NCBI GenBank assembly: GCA_045540975.1
Contig: JAZQIE010000059.1
Span: 1 to 39,229, forward strand
DNA from: Eubacteriales bacterium
Lineage (GTDB): Bacteria; Bacillota; Clostridia; Oscillospirales; JAAYXM01
Direction of reading: 5' to 3'
Length of the DNA: 39,229 nt
Shown one piece after another: positions 18,322-25,598 of the stretch. Position 1 is the stretch's first letter; each line of letters begins with the position of its first letter. Made by a program: the position numbers and the translations under genes. The notes below the pieces were generated by a model. It made no database searches, was not told the DNA's origin, and worked only from the letters and a program-made list of their open reading frames with translations.

Positions 18322-18833
18322 ACCGAATCACGCTCCAATACCAGCACCAAAATCGGCACCAAAACAAGCTGGATCACAATTCCGGGAAGCGCGTTTGTCA
18401 CCGCGCCCGCAAGAAATGCGGAAAGCCCGAATTCCAACCCCAGACACACCGCCATTGCCGCGCCCCATACCAGCCGCCCCACAATCATGGCGAGGATGAG
18501 CGAAACCCAAAGCATGGGTTTGGTGCGCGGTAATTTTGCGTGCAAAAGCCCCGCCGTTCCGCCATATGCCATGAGTTCAAACGCCATGCACAGCGCGGAC
18601 GGGAAGAAGACGGGAATCCCCAAGGTGAGCGAGCGGAGAAGCGGTGTGAGAATCCCGACCGCAAGTCCGTACGCTCCGCCGCACACAAATCCGCACAGCA
18701 GCACGGGGATGTGCATCGGGCAGAGCATTTTTCCGATTTCGGGGATTTGCCCGGTCACAAACGGGAGTAAATATCCAAGTGCCAAAAACACCGCCGCATA
18801 AACCAAACGGCGAGTCGGACGCATCTGTTTCAT
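18318..18833 (-). CDS. ECF transporter S component
   Basis: LPFVTGQIP.IG.MLCPMHIPVLLCG, MAFEL..YG, PGIVIQ; ATG 18833 with GGAAGG RBS. Confidence 0.82.
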   Translation of the reverse strand: MKQMRPTRRLVYAAVFLALGYLLPFVTGQIPEIGKMLCPMHIPVLLCGFVCGGAYGLAVGILTPLLRSLTLGIPVFFPSALCMAFELMAYGGTAGLLHAKLPRTKPMLWVSLILAMIVGRLVWGAAMAVCLGLEFGLSAFLAGAVTNALPGIVIQLVLVPILVLVLERDSV

Positions 18834-18917
18834 CAAAATCCTTCCTTCCGCAATCAGTATATCACGATACGTTGCGGAAATCAATGAAATATGATATACT
18901 GAGCCTTGGTGATTGTT

Positions 18918-19844
18918 ATGAAGATTTTGGTTATTTTTACGGGCGGCACAATCGGAAGTGTCGCAAAAGACGGTATCATCGGCACAGACAGTCGAACAAA
19001 CTACACCCTCATCCGTGCGTCGCGCTATGATGCCGCCGTGTTTGATACCTGCGCGCCCTACACGGTTTTGAGCGAGCAGCTCTCCTCCCGTGAACTAAAT
19101 CTCTTGCAGGAGACCATTCAAACACGGTTGCATGACGGGTACGCGGGCATCATTGTCACCCACGGCACCGACACCTTGCAGTATACCGCCGCCGCGCTGG
19201 AATATGCCTTTGGGGACACCCTCCCCATCGTGCTGGTCTCGGCGGATTTTCCGCTCGACCATCCGCGCACCAACGGTCACCAAAATTTCGAAGCCGCGGT
19301 GGAACTTATCCGCGCAGGGCAAAACGGGGTGTTCGTCAGCCACCGCAACGAAGGTGCGGAGAAAACCGACCTCCACATCGCCTCGCGTCTCCTCGCGCAT
19401 GGGGAGTGCAGCGCGGAGTTGTTCTCGCTGGACGGTGTCCCGTATGCCACCTATGACGGGCGCATCACCGTGCATGGGGAGTATCCAAACCCCAAGCCGC
19501 ATGGAGTGGTGCGCTATTCCGAGACGAGCGGGATTTTATTTCTCACAAGCGCACCAGGAGACAGTTTTTCCTACTCGCTTGAGACGACTCGCGCGGTCAT
19601 CGTAAAGCCCTACCATTCCGCCACCCTCAACACCGCAAGTGTCCCCTTCAAAGCCTTTTGCGCACGCGCCAAAGCGCGCGGCATCCCCGTGTATGCGGTA
19701 AACGTCAAGGACGGAGACGTGTATGAAAGCACAACCGCCTTCTCCGACCTCGGAATCCGAGTCCTTCCGTATTCCACCGCCATCTCGGTGTATATGACCC
19801 TCTGGGCAGAGTGTTCCAAAACCGAAGAAAAAAACGCTGTGTGA
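18918..19844 (+). CDS. L-asparaginase family protein
   Basis: TGGTIGS and HGTDT catalytic-Thr motifs; ATG at 18918. Confidence 0.85.
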   Translation: MKILVIFTGGTIGSVAKDGIIGTDSRTNYTLIRASRYDAAVFDTCAPYTVLSEQLSSRELNLLQETIQTRLHDGYAGIIVTHGTDTLQYTAAALEYAFGDTLPIVLVSADFPLDHPRTNGHQNFEAAVELIRAGQNGVFVSHRNEGAEKTDLHIASRLLAHGECSAELFSLDGVPYATYDGRITVHGEYPNPKPHGVVRYSETSGILFLTSAPGDSFSYSLETTRAVIVKPYHSATLNTASVPFKAFCARAKARGIPVYAVNVKDGDVYESTTAFSDLGIRVLPYSTAISVYMTLWAECSKTEEKNAV

Positions 19845-19860
19845 AAACACAGCGTTTTTA
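19830..19860. terminator. Bidirectional terminator
   Basis: AAAAACGCTGTGT-gaaa-ACACAGCGTTTTT between convergent genes. Confidence 0.8.
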
Positions 19861-19865
19861 ATTCT

Positions 19866-21410
19866 TCATTCAACAAGTTGATTGTGCTCAAACCGCACCG
19901 CGTAGGTCTCTCCGCTTTGGACGGTGAAGGTTCCCGTTCCGTGGAAGTCTCCGTTTTGGAATTCCCCGACATACACTCTCCCGTCGGGGAAGTTGTAGAC
20001 TCCGCGGCGGTGCCACACGCCGTCTGTCCATTCGCCCTCATACACCCCGCCGTCGGGATACGTCATCCTGCCGCGGCCGTTTTTTTCGTCATCTGCCCAA
20101 GCACCCTCGTAGACCGCGCCGTCGGGATAGGTCATCTTGCCGTGGCCGTGGAATAAATTGTTTTGAAACTCACCCTCGTATACAGACCCGTCGGGGAAGG
20201 AGAACGTGCCGTGACCGTTTCTTTGGTCGTCTGCCCATGCACCCGCGTACACCGCCCCGTCGGGATAGGTTATCCTGCCGTGACCGTGGAACAAATCGTT
20301 CTCCCAATCGCCCTCGTACACAGACCCGTCGGGGAAGGTGAATGTGCCGCGGCCGCTTTTTTGGTCGCCCTTCCACTCGCCCTCGTAGACCGCGCCGTCG
20401 GGATACGTGAACGTGCCGTGACCGAGCATTTCGTCATCCACCCATGCACCTCGGTACGAAGCGCCGTCGGGATAGGTCATTACGCCGTAGCCGTGGAAGG
20501 AATCGTCCTTCCAGCCGCCCTCGTAGACCGCCCCGTTCGGGAAGACGAGGGTCCCTGTTCCGTTCTTTTTATCGTCCTTCCACTCGCCCACATACGAAGC
20601 GCCGTCGGGGAAGGTGAATGTGCCGTGACCGTTAAACGCGCCGTCTTTCCACTCGCCGGTGTAGGCCGCGCCGCTTTGATAGGTCATCGTACCGTGTCCG
20701 CTAAACCGCCCGTCTGCCCATTCGCCTTCGTACACCGCGCCGGAGCGAAATTCAATCACACCGTGTCCGGAACGGAAGATGGCACCTCCGAAATCAAACG
20801 GATTGTAGTTCGGGTCAATTCCGAAATTGACCCCAATCTGCTGCACCAAATCATCTTTGTGGTACGGGTTGGAGAAGGAGAGATAGGTCGCCTTGTCGGG
20901 AAATGCTTCTGTGAGGAGCTGCACCCAATCGTGCTGCGCCGACATCTCGTCCTCGGTGTCCGAAAATTCCTTGATCGGAAAAACCGATTTTAGAATCTTG
21001 GACGGGGATTTCTCGGTCAGATTCACACAAAAATAGTTCCGCTTCGTTTGTGGAAGGGCGGTCACCTTGTCTTTGCCGCAAGCGATTTGGATTTCGGTCT
21101 GAATCGAGCGGCTCAAAAACAGATTCTCGCTTAAATAAAAGATGATCCCTTCGCATTTTGGGTCGGTCATCTTCTCGCGTACCACATCGTCCCAGTTTTT
21201 GCCTGCGGGCAGTCCGCTGTCGTACCAGAAAGGAATGTCGCTTTCGTAAAGGTCCGCCAAATCACTGTAAACCTTCTTGTAATCCTTGTGGGAATAACTG
21301 ATGAAAATGTACGACTCATTCGTTTCCCGCAAAGGCACCTTCGCACAGGTGTCGCAAGAGGTTGTTTCTTCCAAATACTTTTTATACTCTGCCGCAACAA
21401 ATTCTGCCAT
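19866..21410 (-). CDS. TIR-domain protein with C-terminal MORN repeats
   Basis: YIFISYSHKD, WYDSGL.AG..W, GIIFYLS....S.SIQTEI; 12 full 23-aa repeats YxGxWxxxxxxGxGxxxxPDG. Confidence 0.9.
   Translation of the reverse strand: MAEFVAAEYKKYLEETTSCDTCAKVPLRETNESYIFISYSHKDYKKVYSDLADLYESDIPFWYDSGLPAGKNWDDVVREKMTDPKCEGIIFYLSENLFLSRSIQTEIQIACGKDKVTALPQTKRNYFCVNLTEKSPSKILKSVFPIKEFSDTEDEMSAQHDWVQLLTEAFPDKATYLSFSNPYHKDDLVQQIGVNFGIDPNYNPFDFGGAIFRSGHGVIEFRSGAVYEGEWADGRFSGHGTMTYQSGAAYTGEWKDGAFNGHGTFTFPDGASYVGEWKDDKKNGTGTLVFPNGAVYEGGWKDDSFHGYGVMTYPDGASYRGAWVDDEMLGHGTFTYPDGAVYEGEWKGDQKSGRGTFTFPDGSVYEGDWENDLFHGHGRITYPDGAVYAGAWADDQRNGHGTFSFPDGSVYEGEFQNNLFHGHGKMTYPDGAVYEGAWADDEKNGRGRMTYPDGGVYEGEWTDGVWHRRGVYNFPDGRVYVGEFQNGDFHGTGTFTVQSGETYAVRFEHNQLVE
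19880..20760 (-). repeat. Diverged 69-bp tandem repeats encoding MORN units
   Basis: Recurring CCGTCGGG[G/A] at about 69-nt period; 23-aa period in the translation. Confidence 0.85.
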
Positions 21411-21422
21411 GCTATCACCCCT

Positions 21423-22265
21423 CTAAGCCTGTTGTTTCTTCAAAGCCTCCGCCCACTCGTACGGAATCGCCAAATTCCCCGTTCCGCGCCCGAGTGCAAT
21501 ATGCGGTTTGTTGTCCCCGTGATAATCGCTGCCGCCCGACGGTAAGAGCCCAAACCGTTTCGCGAGTGCAAGGGCATCCGCGGCGGTCGTATCGTCATAT
21601 TCCGAGTAGAAGCACTCCATCCCCGCAAGACCGCACGCCTTTGCGCGCGGAAGGAGGGTCTCAAGCGCTTTTCGTGTTAAATTGAGAAACGGATGCGCCA
21701 GCACCGATACCGCGCCAAGCCGCCCGAGAAACCCAAGCATCTCAAAAAAATCAAGGCGTTCGGGCTCCTTGTAATGCCCGAATTTCGGATGCAGCAGCGT
21801 GTCAAACGCGGCTTTGGGCGACTCGGTGTATCCGAGCGCGACAAGACGCGCGGCAACGTGCGCGCGGTTGAATTTCCCATTCGGCGTGGCAGCGCAAAGC
21901 TCGTCATAATCCAGTAAATACCCCGCCGCATTCAGCGAGGAGATGAGTGCCTTGTTGCTCTCGCGCTTGCGCGCCTGCACATCCTCTGTCAGGGCGGTCA
22001 CCTCGGAAAACCCCTCCTCGGGGATAAAAAGCCCCAAAAGATGTAACTCGCGCCCCGCATAGTCCACCGAAAACTCTGCCCCCGCAATCGCCTCAATGGG
22101 GGAGTCCTTCGCGGCATCCAAAAACGCGGGGAGTCCGTCCGCGGTGTTGTGGTCGCACAGCGCAACCGCGCTCAGCCCAAGCGCGACCGCCGCGTCAATC
22201 AGCTCGCGCGGTGTGTCCGTCCCGTCCGAATAGATTGAATGTACGTGTAAATCGCAAATCCTCAT
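21423..22265 (-). CDS. PHP-domain metal-dependent phosphoesterase (TrpH/YciV-like)
   Basis: DLHVHS..SDG, CDHN, ELHLLG, LAHP, GGSDYHG. Confidence 0.92.
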   Translation of the reverse strand: MRICDLHVHSIYSDGTDTPRELIDAAVALGLSAVALCDHNTADGLPAFLDAAKDSPIEAIAGAEFSVDYAGRELHLLGLFIPEEGFSEVTALTEDVQARKRESNKALISSLNAAGYLLDYDELCAATPNGKFNRAHVAARLVALGYTESPKAAFDTLLHPKFGHYKEPERLDFFEMLGFLGRLGAVSVLAHPFLNLTRKALETLLPRAKACGLAGMECFYSEYDDTTAADALALAKRFGLLPSGGSDYHGDNKPHIALGRGTGNLAIPYEWAEALKKQQA

Positions 22266-22364
22266 CCGCTCACCTCACCACCATCATACCACATTCCGCA
22301 CAGAAAAGCAAAGCCGAGTTTTTGTTAAAAAAGTAACGCAAAAGTGTTTATTAATTAACAATTA

Positions 22365-22393
22365 TTGCGTTTTTTGAAACTATTTTGTATAAT
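22365..22393 (+). promoter_or_regulatory. Sigma-A promoter of the membrane pyrophosphatase gene
   Basis: TTGCGT-17 nt-TATAAT; AGGAGG RBS downstream. Confidence 0.7.
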
Positions 22394-22447
22394 AAGGAAG
22401 GTTTCGTTTTTTCGACGGAATACAACAATGATTAGGAGGCACATCCC

Positions 22448-24547
22448 ATGTATTATGCAGTCGTGCTTTCCGTTATCGTGCTCGCCCTTTTTTATGTGGT
22501 GTTCAACTACGTGCGCATTCGCCGTATGAACGAGGGGACAGCGGAGATGTCGGAAATGGCAGCAATCATCCGAAGCGGCTCCAACACCTTTATGAAAACC
22601 GAGTACAAAACAATTTCGGTTGTTGCGATTCTTGTCGCATTGATTTTCACCCTTTTCATCGAAAAAACCGCAGGGATCACATTCCTGTTCGGCGCGGCAA
22701 TGAGCAGCGCGGTCTGTGTTCTCGGTATGAAGAGCGCAACCTATGCAAACGTCCGTACCGCAAATAAAGCGCGCGAATCCCTCTCGATTGGCGAGACCGT
22801 CAAGGTCGCGCTTTGCGGCGGCAGTATTTCGGGCCTGAGCGTGCAGGCATTCGGTATGCTGGGTCTTCTGGCAGTCCTGCTTCTTTGGGGCGGCATTGAC
22901 CCGAACGCGGTCGGCAGCGGCTTTCTGGCAAATCTAACATGCAACCCGAGTATCATGCGTATTTCCACCTACTCGCTGGGCTGCTCCATGGTTGCAATGT
23001 TCAACCGTGTCGCGGGCGGTAACTATACCAAGGCGGCAGATATCTCGGCAGACATCCTCGCGAAAATCCGTCACGATATGCCGGAGGATGACAGCCGTGT
23101 TCCCAACGTTGTGGCAGACTTCATCGGGGATAACGTAAACGACATCGCGGGCAACTGCTCCGACCTGCTCGAGAGTTTTGTTGCTACCATGGCGGCGGCA
23201 ATCATGATTTCGGTCACCAACTTCGCAAATGCGGGCGCGGAAATCATGAGCGCGACCTCGATGTTCCCGATCGTCCTCGCAGGCGGCGGACTTCTCGGCT
23301 GCCTCCTCGGTCTTGTATTCGCGGCAATCCGTAAGATGGGCAATAACCCCTCCCGCGAGCTCAACCTCGCAACTTGGATTTCCGCGGGTCTCACAGTTGT
23401 TATCGGTCTCGCGGCGGCATATCTCATCTTCGGCGGACTCACGATTGACGGCTTCCGTCTGGGTTGGCTCAGCCCGTGGATTGCAAGTGTTTTGGGAATC
23501 GTCTGCGGCATCGCAATCGGCTCTATCACCGAGTACTACACCAGCGCAGACTTCAAGCCCACCAAGGTTTTGGCGGACATGGCAAAGGAAGGCGAAAGCT
23601 TTGTCATCACCAAGGGCGATGCAATCGGCTCCCGTTCCTGCCTCGCACCCATTCTTCTCATCGGAATCGCGCTTGTGGTCTCGGGTATCATCTGCGGTAC
23701 TTACGGCATCGCGATTTCCTCTCTCGGGATGCTCGCATTCGTCGGAACGACCGTTTCCATCGATGCATTCGGCCCGATTGCGGATAACGCGGGCGGGCTT
23801 GCGGAATCCTGCCATCTGGATGCGTCTGTCCGCGTGATTACCGATAAGCTCGACTCGGTCGGCAATACCACCGCGGCAATCGGAAAAGGCTTTGCAATCG
23901 GCTCCGCCGCATTCGCAACCGTCTCCCTCATCACCGCATATGTCGGAAACTATTCCTCGGGTACCCCCGTACTCAATATGGCATCCTTCATCGTGGTTGC
24001 GGGCGCACTTATCGGCGGCGCGCTGGTCGAGTACTTCTCCGCACTCCTCACCGATAATACCATCGAATCCGCGCGCCTCATGGCGGCGGAAGGTGACCGC
24101 CAACTCTCTGTCCCGGGCGTTTTGGAGGGCACGGTCAAGCCCGAGTACAACCGCTGTGTTGAAATGGCGGCACGTCATGCGCTTAAGAAAATGCTGCTCC
24201 CGTCCATGCTCGCACTCCTCATCCCGATTGCGGGCGGCTTCCTGTTCGGGGTCGAGTTCGTGGGCGGTATCCTGGTCGGTGCAACCGTCTGTGCAATCCC
24301 GCGCGCGATCTTCATGGGAAACTCGGGCGGCGCATTCGATAACGCGAAAAAGCACATCGAAAGCGGCGCAATCGAGGGTCACGGCAAAGGCTCCGCCGCG
24401 CATAAAGCCGCGGTCACGGGCGACACGGTCGGTGATACCCGTAAAGATGTGGTCGGCGTCGCACTCGATATCTTCATCAAGATGATGTCCACCGTCGCAA
24501 ATACCTTGGTCGTGGTCATCAAAAACTTCACATTGTTTCGATTCTAA
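22448..24547 (+). CDS. hppA: Membrane-bound H+/Na+-translocating pyrophosphatase (divergent)
   Basis: YTKAAD, PEDD, GDNV, EYYT, DAFGPIADNAGG, LDSVGNTTAAIGKGFAIGSA, GGAFDNAKK, GDTVGD; many hydrophobic segments. Confidence 0.93.
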   Translation: MYYAVVLSVIVLALFYVVFNYVRIRRMNEGTAEMSEMAAIIRSGSNTFMKTEYKTISVVAILVALIFTLFIEKTAGITFLFGAAMSSAVCVLGMKSATYANVRTANKARESLSIGETVKVALCGGSISGLSVQAFGMLGLLAVLLLWGGIDPNAVGSGFLANLTCNPSIMRISTYSLGCSMVAMFNRVAGGNYTKAADISADILAKIRHDMPEDDSRVPNVVADFIGDNVNDIAGNCSDLLESFVATMAAAIMISVTNFANAGAEIMSATSMFPIVLAGGGLLGCLLGLVFAAIRKMGNNPSRELNLATWISAGLTVVIGLAAAYLIFGGLTIDGFRLGWLSPWIASVLGIVCGIAIGSITEYYTSADFKPTKVLADMAKEGESFVITKGDAIGSRSCLAPILLIGIALVVSGIICGTYGIAISSLGMLAFVGTTVSIDAFGPIADNAGGLAESCHLDASVRVITDKLDSVGNTTAAIGKGFAIGSAAFATVSLITAYVGNYSSGTPVLNMASFIVVAGALIGGALVEYFSALLTDNTIESARLMAAEGDRQLSVPGVLEGTVKPEYNRCVEMAARHALKKMLLPSMLALLIPIAGGFLFGVEFVGGILVGATVCAIPRAIFMGNSGGAFDNAKKHIESGAIEGHGKGSAAHKAAVTGDTVGDTRKDVVGVALDIFIKMMSTVANTLVVVIKNFTLFRF

Positions 24548-24552
24548 AAAAA

Positions 24553-24582
24553 CAGCGGAGTGGGGTTTCCCACTCCGCTTGT
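24553..24582 (+). terminator. Terminator after hppA
   Basis: AGCGGAGTGGG-gttt-CCCACTCCGCT hairpin. Confidence 0.75.
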
Positions 24583-24594
24583 TGTAAAAAAGAA

Positions 24595-24782
24595 AACCAC
24601 GCGATAGTCGCGTGGTTCAAAAGAGGTTCATCGGTGAACAAAAAAATCCTCCAATGTGTTAGAATACCTTGACCGCCGGTCAAGAATAAAACACATTGGA
24701 GGATTTATCTATGAAAAGAGAAACCATAGACAAAAGTAGTTTAGCACACACAAAATGGATTTGTGAATATCACATCAAATAT
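24595..24782 (+). mobile_element. tnpA: IS200/IS605-family remnant (end hairpin, structured 5' UTR, tnpA 5' fragment)
   Basis: AACCACGCGA-tag-TCGCGTGGTT hairpin; 17-bp inverted repeat covering the GGAGG RBS; ATG 24711 reads MKRETIDKSSLAHTKWICEYHI, the typical TnpA(Y1) N-terminus, then similarity stops. Confidence 0.8.
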
Positions 24783-24788
24783 TTTGAC

Positions 24789-25598
24789 CTAATCAATATT
24801 ATTTCGCCATGCCTGATTGATGCGGATATTGTGATGGTGTTGTTCAGCATGATGGATAGCACTTTTATATTTGCTTCCTCTTGCAAATAAATCGATCTTA
24901 AGTTTATCACCAAAGGTTTGTTCCATTATGCATTCAACAATACCGTCATCTAAAAAACTACAAGAAAAAATATCAATGTTCGCAGTGCGTTCCAAAATGT
25001 CGTAATGAAAGGCAATGTGACTTTGAGCAACTACAAGGACACCTGAAATAAATTTCGGGGATTGTGTTTTGTCGTAAATAACATACGGACGCGAAATAGG
25101 CAACATATTGATTTTGGGGGCAATGTTATCAAGCCAGTTGAATATTTGCTCCGCGGTCACGTCGAAATCCTCTATGGTTATCATATAATGAGGCCCGAAA
25201 TCTAAGGAGGAATTGATTGTATTTGGAGGACTGTTGTCATTGCGTCGATCAACCACAATGGTGTTTATGTTTCTTGCATATATCTGCTGGCTGATAACAC
25301 GAATCGCTTCTTCTTCCGTGCAAAAATTGTCCGTTAGAATGTCTACGAAATAACAGTGGCGATACGGGAATGTATGAATGGTTACATGCGCGCCATTTTC
25401 ACAAATAACAAATGCACTGATACCACCATCTTCGGTGTCGTCACAATAATAGTAAGGAAGTAAAAAGGGCGGCATAACCGGACGCATCCCCAACTCGTGA
25501 GTCAAACTTACAAGTAGGTTGTTAACAGCCATAAAACTGTTAGATTGCGCCAAATCACAATCATATGCATCCATCATGACATGTCTGGTTGCTTGCAT
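24789..25598 (-). CDS. Tandem-domain S-adenosylmethionine decarboxylase (SpeD)-like protein
   Basis: Two SpeD-like repeats: H..MDAYDC...GISAFVICENGAHVTIHTFP...FVDILT and FGPHY...ISGVLVVAQSHIAFH...NIDIFSC. Confidence 0.75.
   Translation of the reverse strand: MQATRHVMMDAYDCDLAQSNSFMAVNNLLVSLTHELGMRPVMPPFLLPYYYCDDTEDGGISAFVICENGAHVTIHTFPYRHCYFVDILTDNFCTEEEAIRVISQQIYARNINTIVVDRRNDNSPPNTINSSLDFGPHYMITIEDFDVTAEQIFNWLDNIAPKINMLPISRPYVIYDKTQSPKFISGVLVVAQSHIAFHYDILERTANIDIFSCSFLDDGIVECIMEQTFGDKLKIDLFARGSKYKSAIHHAEQHHHNIRINQAWRNNID

Noticed and set aside
19880-20760. 69-bp periodicity as a second CRISPR array or DGR repeat
   Set aside because: Fully explained by in-frame MORN repeats; no invariant repeat with unique spacers and no reverse transcriptase in the window.
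24696-24890. 64-aa ORF as a complete gene
   Set aside because: Only the first about 22 codons from 24711 are TnpA-like; the rest is antisense to the SpeD-like gene.
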